Shown here in pieces: positions 50,618-62,674 of a stretch of 64,000 nt of DNA. Position 1 is the first letter of the stretch. Each line of letters starts with the position of its first letter. Under the pieces are notes generated by a model. That model was given only the letters and a program-made list of their open reading frames with translations, was not told where the DNA came from and ran no database searches. The stretch is taken from assembly GCF_001194135.2 (NCBI RefSeq), contig NC_069003.1, positions 35,696,679 to 35,760,678 on the forward strand. Direction: 5' to 3'. Both the position numbers and the translations under genes were made by a program. Origin of the DNA: Octopus bimaculoides (lineage: Eukaryota).

Positions 50618-50743
50618 TTTCACCTATTCTCTAAACACTTCTGATTCCGTTCAAAAACAAAAGAAAAAATTAAGTTTTTCACCTATTCTCTAAACACTTC
50701 TGATTCCGTTCAAAAACAAAAGAAAAAATTAAGTTTTTCACCT
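50618..50743. repeat. 59-bp perfect tandem duplication
   Basis: TTTCACCT at 50618, 50677 and 50736; two near-identical 59-bp units (one T of a short run differs) plus the repeated junction motif. Confidence 0.9.
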
Positions 50744-51409
50744 CAAAAAGCCAAATATTTTGAGGGGAGGAAGGTTTTTGTGTATTGATATTTGGCTTGG
50801 ACTTTTAGCTAACTGGAACTATAAAGTTATTACGAAGTATTTGAACGAAGACAATATTGACTTTCTAACTTTAATTACGCATTTATTATTAAATACGATT
50901 AGCATAACTGTTTTGTTTTAAATCAACAGTTCATAGGCCATTTCCTGAATATTAATATTTCGTACGGCGCAAATTTTCATGGTAATTTATAGCCTTTTGA
51001 TTCTTAAACTGATTCATTTGATTCATTTATTATCAGATTTTAAACAAATTATATTCAAATTTCTCTTGGAAAAAATTTATAAAATTCGTCTCGATTTACC
51101 CTGGAGCTATAGTAGCATCTAATGTAGAGAGTAATTCTTCTACCAGAAAAAGTATCCGCCTATTGTTCATCAATATACCAGCAGCTTCTTTAATTACGTT
51201 TTTCTCATGTGCTCAACTACTTTGACAACAGAAGAAAATTATAAAAGTGGAGTGGAAGCTTAACATAGCTGCCCCGCTCAAAGCAGGAACTCGAATCATT
51301 CTCTATATTTTTGTACAGCATTAAGAGAGATTAAAACGATGCAGAGGAGTAATATGAATTGCTTACGATAGACTTAATAGAAAAAAATAACAAACCGATT
51401 TTATATTAT

Positions 51410-51595
51410 TTATTTTAAAATACCTTAGGAATGAGAACCCAGGGTTGGGTTCAAAATTCCACTAGGACACCTGATGAAGGCTGGAGTGTAAATCAGCAGA
51501 AACATCGTGGTAACAACAAACAAGAGAAGGACACATATCTGTCCAATGTAAACAATGTACAGAATTCTTCATCTGTAAAATATAGAACAGTAATA
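51410..51595 (+). ncRNA. Penelope-type 3' repeat containing a minimal hammerhead ribozyme motif
   Basis: GACAC-CTGATGA(51471-51477)-A-GGCTG..CAGCA-GAAA(51499-51502)-CA-TC-GTGGT: stem I CAC/GTG, stem II GCTG/CAGC, palindrome-type stem III position mutated. The architecture matches the established minimal PLE hammerheads. Confidence 0.65.
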
Positions 51596-51802
51596 TTAGA
51601 ATTCCTTCTTAAACAACTACATTTCTCGCAACATTAATGTAAAAAAAGGGATAATGTAAAGAATCTTTCTATCAAGGAATTCAACGGTAGAGTTCTTTAA
51701 ATATATATCAGTTAATTGTTATTCAAGCTATATAATTAATATGATCGAGATGTCTAAAATTAGCCATTATTTCACATATAGTATTTAGATACAATATTTT
51801 CC

Positions 51803-53366
51803 CACTACACAACCCAACAGGTATTTTGTTAGGACATTTTTACCTGATTTGAAGGGGGTCTTTTTGATATGCTGAATCCAAAAACAGAATCCATCTTTTA
51901 CCATCACGTCTAGATTTCAAGATACCCAAAAACCCTAAGTTTTGCAATTTTTCTCATTTTTCATAAAAATACATTGTTTATGTGTGAAATTTAGTACTCC
52001 ACGAACTTGATAACCAGAAAGTACCAGCTGTGCCAGAGAAAGCCAAAGAGGATCGGGATTACTTCGGAATTAGCTGGTCGTCACACTCTCAGCTATTTGA
52101 TCAAAATGAATTCATTGGCTTAGTAAGGGACTTACATTTATCAAACAAATCTGCAGAAGTTCTTGCGTCTCTGTCAAAGGAAAAAAGCCTTCATAAAGAA
52201 GGAACTAAAGTCACCTTCAATCGCACTAAGGATGCTGAATTGCTTCCGTCCTTCACAGAAAATGAGTGAGTGTATTGCATAAACATTGTGGAACTGCTTC
52301 AAAAGATGGGATTAGCAAAATATGATGCACGTGATTGGCGCCTTTTGATCAATATCTCGAAAAGAAGTTTGAAATGTATTTTACTTCATAAAGGAAATAT
52401 ATTGGCCTCTGTTCCAACTACTCTGCAAAACTAGAAGAGAAACAGGAAGTAGTGAAAGTAGTGCTAGCGAAAATTAAGTAACACATATCATCAGTAAGTG
52501 ATATGCGTGGACTTTAAGTTGTTAATTTTTTTTCCCAGGGCAACAAAGTGTATACGCCAAATATTCGTACAATTTATGTATGTGAGATTGCAAATGCAGA
52601 GAAGAACATTCGATGATCAAAGAATATGGTCGCAGGTTCCAGGTTTTTTAATGTAGTTGAAGCGCCTTTAGTTAGTTCAACCAGGAAAACTTATCCTACA
52701 TGGCACCAAATGCAACTTAGCATTATGAAGCAGTTCGCTAAAGCTCTAGATAAAGATGGGGTCATGAGTTCAACTACATCTGCAGCATTTTTCCCGTTCT
52801 CAGTGAAAAGAAAAAACCTGGAGTGTTTGATGTGCTTCAAATAATAAAAAATTGATGAAATTTGTAAATTCAAAGAATTGCATTGAAGCATCTGCATGGA
52901 ATTAACTTGTCATAGTTATAAATTACTTTCTGTGCAATAAGACATCAATGGAACAAGGGTATTAAAGCAGATTGGACTTGCATATGTATGATGATGGACT
53001 ATTGCTGGAACTTGGCTCATGATCTTCGTAGGGTTCTGCACCCAAGAAAATCATCCAAACGTAAATTCATGGAAAATAGGCATAAACAATGATATAATTT
53101 GTCTGTAGAAATTCTGAGATTTTTACTAATTTTTCAATAAAAAATATTCGAGTTTGAAGAGAAACCAATTTCTGTGTATGTTTGTACGTTATGCCTAGTC
53201 CATCATAAACTGCTTTACTGAAAAGAAAAACCAATGCAATTCTATGGATCCAATGTCTTAAAATTTTGACTTGGTAATAAATGGATGTTGTTTTCGGATT
53301 TTGTGTGTAAAAAAAATCCAAGTTCAGATTCCAATTTTTCACGACAGAAATGTTTTTCGGCATGTG
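51803..53366 (+). mobile_element. Chapaev3-like (CMC superfamily) DNA transposon, internally deleted
   Basis: QLFDQNEFIGLVRDLHLSNKSAEVLAS, DWRLLINISKRSLKCILLHKGN, ICVDFK, GQQSVYAKY; imperfect subterminal inverted repeats at about 51855-51925 and 53247-53310; CAC...GTG putative termini. Family name is from recall. Confidence 0.75.
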
Positions 53367-55690
53367 ATATTAAACTCACAGGGTCTGGTTTAAATTTCTG
53401 TTTCCCTCTATTACTGTAGGAATATATCAGTTGTTGGGAACATTTTTTTCTGTGTAGAATGTCGTTTTGAATTAATTCATCATTAAAAAAATGAGAATAG
53501 AAATTAATCTGTAATCCCAAGGTCGCTTTTCCTTAATTAAAAGGACTTTGAGAAAATATTTATTCACTCATAAAATGCATTTTTTACACCTTTCCCCGTG
53601 CCCCACCCCCAACATATTGATATTTTACAATACAAAACTATAATTCATATCCCAAAGATACTTACAGATTGCGTCTCGTCTGAATTTCTAAATTAATCCT
53701 GTCACAATACTATAGCTATTTGTTACTATGGTAATAATTACTCTACATTTAAGTAAATTATTTGTAAGTTTTTCACATTTTTGTATAGTGTTGATAAAGA
53801 ATCTTTTGCTTAAAGACTTGAATGAAAGGAACGAAAATGTCGAATAACTTCAAAATATAGTCAGAAAATAAGTCTTAGAATTAACAAGATAGAGATTCAG
53901 CAAAAATTTCCACTTTTTACTCTGCTAGTGAACAACTGAAAACTAGAGGTAAAATAGAATTAACAGTGATTAACTTTTTCATTAGTAAATACTCACTAGG
54001 AAATCGCGAAAAGATATTGTGTGAGATCACTCAAATTTTGTGAGCCAGAAACCAATACCAACAACCCTTTGTGCCATTAACAAGCGAATATAAAGTGATA
54101 CTTGGGTTTTTTCTCAGTTAATTGAAGCTTTGTAAGATAAATGGAATATTTGTGGAGTTTCTTCTGTTCATCTAAAGAAAACTTTTTGCTTTATTGTAGA
54201 AAATAAATTGTGAATATCCAGATATTATCTCCAAACTGTGTACATATATGAGATGGAAAGTAAAACTTTTTAATTTATTTGAATACAATTGAGTCCTATC
54301 ACTATCACAAAACACATGCCCAGATGAGGATGAACATATCAGGGAAATGTTTTTGTGAGACACGGTAATTTCTTATTAATTACAAATGACAGCTGAGCAA
54401 TTTTCGCCTTTTAAAAATATTATTTCGTATGAAAACGTTGGTGTCCGAATCGGTAGAGCGTCGGCGAAATGTACTTTGCTACGATTCTTTATATTAGTAA
54501 ACCTAAAAGTTGTTTGCCTTAATGATAGGATTTCACTTACGAGCAGTTTGAAAGTACTTTTGAGCTGTGGTAGTTTGTTGGCGCGTATCTTGCAAGTACA
54601 ACGGTATATTCTAAGTTATTTGAACTGTTATACTCGTCTTATTTTCCTTGAAGTAAAACTCCTGGAGAAATTTCTAGAGCATATATTTTCGTCATACTGC
54701 AAGACGTAAGACGGAACATTTGAAGTATTAACCTCTCCTAGGTATTCTTCAGTTTAAGAGACAGAGAAATACGGTAAATAACCACAGAGAATTATAAGTA
54801 ATCGAATGATAATATTTTCTTTTTTTCAACATATGGTCGTTTATATGTTACGAACTAGTTTTTATTATGAAATTAGCTGTAAATTGTTCTAAAAATAGAA
54901 TAGAATCTTGGTAACCGTATTGTTTATTGATATACAATGACGAAATAACGAATAAAAAGACAGCTGCTGTACATGCTTGAAGACGTAAGTAATCTGCTAC
55001 CTTTCATCTGAAAGATGAAAGGTAGTAAAGCAGTACATATGTAACACAATCACTCACACAGATGGCTGGGTCCAATATAAACTCCAGATTTATACTGTTG
55101 TACAAATACATGTATTTCATAATACTATTGAAACTGGAGTGGCAGAGTATGATTTTAGTGAAGATATTCATTATCTACAGAAACATTTTATATCTAAGTA
55201 GTTATAAAACGGACATTTTCATCATAAACGAGTGATTTGGAGCTATAGAAGCTGATACCAGACACAATGTTGCGATATTTCAAGGTTGGATATCCCTACC
55301 GGCCAGTTAGTTGTCCTGCGTGCTTATATAACAGCGGTGTCCTTAAGCTGTATAACATGTGATTTGGTTAAAATTTCATCAATCAAAATCTAAACGTATA
55401 AAGAAATTTCATAAACACATATACAAAATAGAGTTAACACAATCCTTCAAGTAACTTTGACATTACCAGTAGCTGAAAAAATCGTACTTCAGATAATGTG
55501 TCAAAGAAAAGCTATAAACTAGAGCTTGCTGGCAAATGAGAATGCAAAACTATATATAATATGAAAAGGTATGAAAAGATTTTGTTTAAAAGTACTTTTG
55601 CATGTTATCGATTTCCAATTTATCCAAATTGCTAAATATGGTGTTTATGAATGTATGTATGTATGTATGTATGTATGTATGTATGTATGT

Positions 55691-56785
55691 CATTGTTCAG
55701 TTTTATTTCGAGATTTCTTGCCAATAGAGGAAGAGCTGGTTTCTAACCTAGATCCAAGACTCCTTCGTTGGAATTTCACCATCAACAACAGGGTATTTTT
55801 GTATGCATGTACGTGTGTACATATTTATCTGTGCAGATTTGTATGTATTGTTTTATGTATGTATTCTCATGCATACAGTTGCAAATCTAGACATTCTCGT
55901 ATATATTTAAATGATAAACTTCAGGAAAGTCTTACAGATTTTTACAGTTCCAGTGATGGCTTGGATCTGCAGTCTTCGAATTAGCTTCCTCCTTTCTGGT
56001 TTTGAGAAGCCTAATTTCTGAAGACTGGTATTTAGGAAGTGTGCAACATATCCCAGCGCCCCAATAATTGCAGGTATAGACCTGAACTTGTAATCTGGAT
56101 AGAGTAACTGAAAATTTCTCAATATTTTAGTGTAGGTAACTCTTTTTCACTGGTCTTCAGTTTTGTTAACAACCGCCGGGCAGCTAATTTACACAACTGT
56201 ACACAGTTTCTCTTCTCTATCCCGAATCATTCTATGAGGTCTGTTGTGCTTACATTTTATTGAGGTCTTCACCGGGACATTCCACCAGTATTCCTTTTTG
56301 TTATGAGCGACTATGACTTCTACCATACTGTGGGTTCTTATTTCTTTGTCCTCGGGGTTATCCATCGGACGGATTTCGTTATAGAGTGTCCTAGCTACAG
56401 CATCATGTCTCAACGGTAGATTATACCGTGATGACATTTTCGGACAACAACTGTTTATGATGTGGGTGATATCATCGGTGTTAAATCCACAAAGTCAGCA
56501 TCGGCTGTCACATTTTACTGCTTTTCCTGCATCTCTATCCCTTTTGTGTTTGGATGATATTTGGATGATATTTCCTGTTCCTGGATTGCAAACGCATACC
56601 CTTCAAAGTAGGAGGTAGTAATCCGGCTATTGATCCATGATAGACTGCATTGATGATCAATATCACTATCATCTCGGGGCTTTCTACTAACATATCCATG
56701 CATAGTCTTCTGCTCATATAGGCTTATCCTTTCATCTGATAATACGTTGCGGTAAAGTTGTGCGACTTCTTTGGTTATGTATTCT
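55691..56785 (-). mobile_element. RLE retrotransposon subfamily B, 5'-truncated with complete 3' end, flanked by (TACA)n
   Basis: FEGYAFAIQEQEISSKY, LPLRHDAVAR, KEYWWNVPVKTSIKCKHNRP, YPDYKFRSIPAIIGALG, TVKICKTFLKF*; 3' UTR ends GAAATAAAACTGAACAATGA then (CATA)n 55651-55690; (TATG)n also at 56788 onward. Confidence 0.92.
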
Positions 56786-57859
56786 AGGTATGTATGTATG
56801 TTCGTATGTATGTATGTGTTATGTATGTATGTATATGTGTGTGCAGGTTTGTGTGTGTGCGTGTGTGTGAGAGAGAGAAAGAAAGAGAGCGAGAGAGAAT
56901 AGTTTGCTTCGCAACCACATGGTTCTAGGCTGCGTCCAATTGTAAGGATTTTACTATAATGTCTTACGCACGCCACTGCCCCGAATCCCGTTGTATCTAC
57001 GCCTCTCTCGGAGTAAATCGGTACGATGAACTAAAATACTCTATGGGTTTGAGATATAGACTTACTCAACTTTACGTCAAAAAGAAGTCAGCCATTTTGA
57101 TACATTTCGTTCAATAAAATAAGTAACATTAAATACTGGACTGAATCGCCTGAAAACTATTGAAAGGAGTGCCAAGATATTGCCGTTGTTCAAAATACTG
57201 GAATTAGTAAAAGAAGGAATATATACATGTTTGTGTATCTGTGCATGTGAGCTGACGAGTGTGACGTGGCAAAAAACATAAATCGTCGGATATAACAACG
57301 GGAAACATGCTAGAATCGAAGCGAAAACGATCAACAAGATACATCACACAATCTCAATTTATAATATTAGATCAATATTGCGTTCCTTTGGAAATGTTCA
57401 AACATACATTGATAGATTTTTTTAGTCCCTGGAGAAATTATAACAGAGAAGGGGCGTCGAATTGATTCGACCTGAATGTACTACTACGTATATTTATCGA
57501 CCACTAATGATAGAGATAACGTTACTTTTTAAATATAATTTGAATCGTTATTAAGCTGATCAATTATTTATCTCCTTCTTTATATCGCAGTTGGTGAACA
57601 ATACTGTCGTTAATTTCGAGTTTCAAACGACCAATCATTTACTCAATGCATTTATAGACGGCAAGTGTGACAACTGAGTTCTGTATATTTCAATGTAGAA
57701 CGAATATAATAGGGTATTTCACTACAGAAGCACTAGCTTTTCTATTTCCTCGCTGATGTAAAATACGATACACGTTCACACATACATGCACACAAACACA
57801 CCCAAATACTCACACTTATACATGCATATATATATATATATATATACACAAAGAGGGAG

Positions 57860-58621
57860 CCACTGATACATACGAGGTATCAAGAATCTATGGAAAGTAG
57901 ACACACCGGACTGGCTTGCCAAAGCACGGGAAAGCTGAATGGTCAAGAATGGAGACATTAGAAGCACCAGAAGCTCATTCATATCTCAATATTATGTACA
58001 AATTGTACACAATCTGCTAAAACCAATTTTTCCATGACTATTGCGAGTCTTACGATCTAGTCACAGGCCAACAAGGTGGAAAGAAAGGATGTGATAACGC
58101 TCCGAACAACTTTTGGTAGCTGTATTGTCTGAGGTAAATATTGCAGAAACTTTGCAACATTATGCCTTCATTACACAAAAAGAGCAAGAAGAGACGGAAC
58201 AGAGAAGCCCGTAAAATCCGAAAATGCGATCTTAAGTAACGATTATGCCATTTTTTAGTGGAGTTCATTACATATGTTGGCAAAAACTGTCCAAAATATC
58301 ATCTCTCACTGCGACATGCTAAAGAAAACATACAATAACATCTTCAAAAAAAAACTGACCTTGGATATCCCAAATAACAAATCTAGTATGGAATACCTAC
58401 AAATCAGTAAAAGAATATTAATGAAACATTCCCATCAAAACCACTGCCCAATGCACACATAACAGTCCTAATATAATTATTTGATACGGAAAATCACGTC
58501 ATATACAGTCATAGAGCTTAGTTAGTTACCCTGAAGATGTGAACATCAATTCCAAAATCCGCAAGAAGGGGTACATCTATGGAAAACTGCTTCTAAACCG
58601 GATTAAATTTACATTCATACG
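57860..58621 (+). mobile_element. RLE retrotransposon subfamily B, multiply deleted fragment
   Basis: PDWLAK..KNGDIR, TVQNIISHCDML, VIELSYPEDVNINSKI..YG.LL..FTFIRTII. Confidence 0.7.
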
Positions 58622-58875
58622 AACAATCATTAAACAACCCTTATTCAGAGACCTTTTGAATTGGATAGACTACTCGACCGGAAGAAAATTCTAGCTGGGC
58701 CCCACCTGCAAGGCCATGCGTTGTTTATCTGGATATGAGATCACCACGTCGCATGCATATGGTTGTATGCATGTACCTGGTGCACCCTTATCAGACGGTT
58801 AGTCATGATAGTTACACTGGACTTTGTATATTTTACCCCAGTATCATTTTGATGGCATACACTGCTCTCTCACTC
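58622..58875 (+). mobile_element. Element X, 3' half, followed by (TAA)n
   Basis: Reverse complement of about 12875-13135; ends CTGCTCTCTCACTC then (TAA)n 58877-58944. Confidence 0.88.
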
Positions 58876-58944
<69 letters not shown>

Positions 58945-58946
<2 letters not shown>

Positions 58947-59400
58947 AGAATAAACAACACATCAGAAAGTGATAAGTGCAGAATTTGTGGACAAAATATG
59001 GTGAAACCGTATGGCATATTACCAGTCAATGTACGCTACTTGTCCAGAAAGAATATAAGAGACGTCATGACAACATAGTAAGGATTGTCCAATGGACACT
59101 TTGCAGCAAGTATGGACAAATGTGCCAAGTTGATTCACTAGTCACCATTGAAAACACTGTATCCGACATTGTAATAATTAGAGCACTAGGTATGATAAAA
59201 AAAAAACGAACATAAACATAGTAGCTATATCTGGACCCTCTACACTACACACTATCCAAAAAATTCCCTGCTAGGAACAGCCCACAACCTACGCAAGACA
59301 CTATCTATTACCCAAGTAAAACAATCTACAAACATCAAGACATACTCTATACAGTTAATATCCAATAAAATAAACAACCCCACAACATATATTCTACAGA
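58945..59400 (+). mobile_element. R4/Dong-like fragment (CCHC knuckle fused to C-terminus)
   Basis: Directly after (TAA)n: SDKCRICGQN-GETVWHITSQCTLLVQKEYKRRHDNIVRIVQWTLC; then IIRALGMIKK and IQK..LLGTAHNLRKTLSI. Confidence 0.85.
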
Positions 59401-60927
59401 TTGTCCGTACTTCGAGTTCCAGGCCCTTCCTAAACAGCACTACCATCCTGTTTCCCATTCCAGGTCGACTAAGTAATGCGTAAATCTTGAAATCGTCGAA
59501 ATCCTGGTTTCGCTGACGGCCGTCACATCCATAGCTAGTAATCTGAGGTCGTTGAGCAGGTGACCTTGCTTCCAGAGTAACTCCAGGTCACGAGCATACA
59601 TACACAACCTACTCCTAAATCTATCATGATGATCGGACAAGGTTTGGAGTAGCAAAGGGTGTCTACTTACCAGCGCTTGCCGTTGCATCAGATGGTTCAG
59701 CATCCGTAACTTGTTGGGGTCCCTTTATGAATCCCCTTAAAAACCTACTCTTGGCTTTTACATTAGAGGTTCTCAAGTCGCGAGGGAACTCACCCTAATG
59801 TTTTGTTGTTTTTTGTATTTTGTTTTTGTTTTTTGCTTTTGTTTTTTTATAGAGACATTCGCACCATCATCAGTATTTCTGTCACTTGAAAGATGCTGAT
59901 GCCGATGATCATACGCTCTCTCGATGTCCTTCATTCGTGCTAAGAGAATCATCAATTCTTTGTTGGCCCTCCTCACAAGCCTGAAGTTTCCTGTTTGTGC
60001 GGTTAGTTTAGCTGTAGGGGTTGTTTTCGTTTCGTTGCAGTTGTGGTAGCTGGTTGTGATAGCAGTAGATGTATTGACAATTGTGGTGCTGGAAAGTTTG
60101 GTGATGTGGTAGGCGTGTCTATGGCTGTTATGGATGCGTTTTCTATGTTTCTTGTGAGTGCGTTGGTGTGAGGCATGATGTTTTATTGTGCTTTCTTTTT
60201 GCTGTTTCTGGTTTTCACTCATTTTCACTGCGTGTTGCACATGAATCCGTGTCTGTAGAATCAGGGAGTGAGTCTATTAATATATTTGAGTTTGGAGGAG
60301 GCGGAGAGGGAGAGGGAGGGGAAAACCCCTGGGTGTTCTGTGTGTCCGTTATTATTATTCTTTCTGATGTTGAAGGTGGTGGTGGTGGTGGTGGTGGTGG
60401 TGATTGTGGTGGTGTTAATGTTGCTGGTGTTGCTGGTGTTAGTGTTCTTCCAGCATTTGCTGATTTTGCTTTTCCTGTTGTTAATGGTGCCGTTGTTGCC
60501 GGGTTGGTGTCGCTTTTGTTGTTGATCGTTGCTGGTTTGGTTGTTAAGGTTTTTGAGGACCTGGCGTTGGTAGTAGGAGGACTCCATGTTTCCCCGTCTT
60601 CTGTTGTATGCAGAAAGCTCTCAAGTAGGCTGTCTGTCTACACAAGTGGCACCGTGGCTTTCTACCATCAATAGGAACGTGTAGCTCTTCTCCTCCTGGA
60701 AGGTGAATGAGGCTTGAACTCTTATGGATCGTGTATGGTTTAAAGTAGAGTAACACCTCCACGCAGATTCCAGACCAATTTTCACAACGGATCCGCTTCA
60801 CTTCCAGGAGATTATTACTCCCTTCGAAAGCGATACACTCTAAAATCCACCATAAATTTACCTCCGGTGGAATTCCTGAGATCTTTATCCGCACCGTCCA
60901 CTTCCTAAATACGTTGGGTGGATCAGA
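59400..60927 (-). mobile_element. Tx1/L1-like non-LTR retrotransposon: ORF1 and start of APE endonuclease, truncated at both ends
   Basis: ORF1 piece VRIKISGIPPEV..IDGRKPRCHLCRQTAYLRAFC (degenerate CX2CX4HX4C) with a Thr/Gln/Asn-rich tail; ORF2 ATG at about 59627 ..KQGHLLNDLRLLAMDVTAVSETR..RPGMG..VVLFRKGL (APE Q/S-ET motif). Confidence 0.8.

Positions 60928-61000
<73 letters not shown>
60928..61000. repeat. (ATT)n microsatellite
   Basis: About 24 units; tail of the Dong element at 61001. Confidence 0.97.
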
Positions 61001-62674
61001 TCTTTTTATCACAGGTTTCTGTTGGAACTTCTGAAGTCTTGCATGTATATCGGGCTTGCTGCCTACAGCCTCAACTATCTAATATTTTCCTGATTATTCT
61101 GGCCGTGCCTAGGAGGCAAACCTTTTGTAACAGTTCTACTGGGTACTCTATTCCGATTTCCTTTATATTCCTCTTGATGCCTTTTGATACTGTCCCCCAA
61201 GGACCCAGCAATAATTGGCACTTCACCCTCTTCATTTTCCATAGCCGGGCTATTTCGTACTTTACAGGGTTGTATTAATCTATTTTTGCCTTCCTTTTTG
61301 ACTATATGTGGGACAAAGGGGCACGCAACATCAATTACATAGCACATATGGTGAATCTTGTTGACCACCACTCGATCCTGTCTGTTATGCTCTAGCACCT
61401 GATCTGTTTGAATTGGGAAATCCTAGAGGAATTTTCTAGTCTCCGACTCCGATACTCTCTGCGGTTTGTGCTCACACTGCGTCTCGCCTCTCGCTATTCC
61501 CCACTTTTCGCACAGTTTCCAATGTAACACTTTCGCTACTTTATCGTATCGTCACAACTTATAGTGGTTTGGGGCAAGTCTAGAGTATTCGTTCGCCATA
61601 TGGTACTTCTTCCTTTGTCGTTCCTTTTTTCTCTGCTTTCAATACTCCCTCTTTCCTAACTGTCACTAGCAAGGTTTCCTTACTTTGGGAAAGGTATCTC
61701 ATGAAGCTCTTGAGTTCCATCCGTACGCAGTCGTCCACACGTATCAGTCCCTTTCCTCCCTTTGTTTTTGTTTTTTTTTCATGTATAGGCGATCAGTATC
61801 TGCACGTGGATGAAGGGCTCCATACATCGTTAGGTGCTTTCTTGACTTCCTGTCCATCTTCTTTAACCCCTCTTCTGTCCGCTTCAGGATTCTAGCGCCA
61901 TATCGAAACACTGGGACTGTGCGCGAGTTTATTGCCGAAATTATGTTTCTGATATTCAACTTTGAAGCCAATATCTTTCCCACTCGCCGCAGGCACTCTT
62001 TCTTTGTCTTTTCTTTCAAATCGTTGTGTTTAATTTCACCTGCCCAAATATTTCCAGGTATTTATAACTGGATTAAGCTTCAATTACCTTAATTGGCATC
62101 CATACACCTTCTGTCCTGACAGGCTTTCCTCGTCTCATCACTATCGTAGAACATTTTGAGAGTCCAAACTCCATCTTAATATTATTCGAGAAAACCTACG
62201 CAGACTGAACTTGGCTGTCCACTTTTTGTGAACAGCTTCAAGACGTCCGTGAATAGCAAGTGGTTCAGTTTTCCTTTACATCTTCCCAGATTATACCTCA
62301 ACTTTGTCTTCTGTAGTATTTCACTCAAGGAGATCACTCCCAGTACGAATATCAGTGGGGGGACACTGTTCCCCTGGAAGATTCTTCTCTTGATTTTCAC
62401 CTATCCTGATACCTGATTCCCTGCTGTCAATTCAGTTCACCAGCATTTCATGATGTTCCATATAAGGCTTCTCATGTTTTCTGCTACTCCATACATTTCC
62501 ATTGGTCTTGTTACCCAGGAATGTGGTATCATATCATTGTTATGCTCTACAGGTGGGTCCCAGATACCTCTCCAGAGCGCCCTGCTTTCCTCTCCATCTG
62601 GTATCTTTGCATTTGTACAAGTTGACAAGTCTCACCCAGAGACCTCAAGAAACAGCAAGTTAGAAGTTCATGTT
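61001..62674 (-). mobile_element. R4/Dong-like retrotransposon, RT to 3' UTR with deletions, running into a gap
   Basis: IKRRIFQGNSVPPLIFVL, LNHLLFTDVLKLF, MEFGLSKC, MYGALHPRADTDRLYM, VIDVACPF..KYEIARLWKMK..LLQKVCLLGTARIIRKILD; UTR ends CCAACAGAAACCTGTGATAAAAAG then (TAA)n. Same subfamily as 23747-24110. Confidence 0.93.

Noticed and set aside
60168-60674. 168-aa Gly/Val-rich plus-strand ORF
   Set aside because: Antisense shadow of the low-complexity Tx1-like ORF1 tail.
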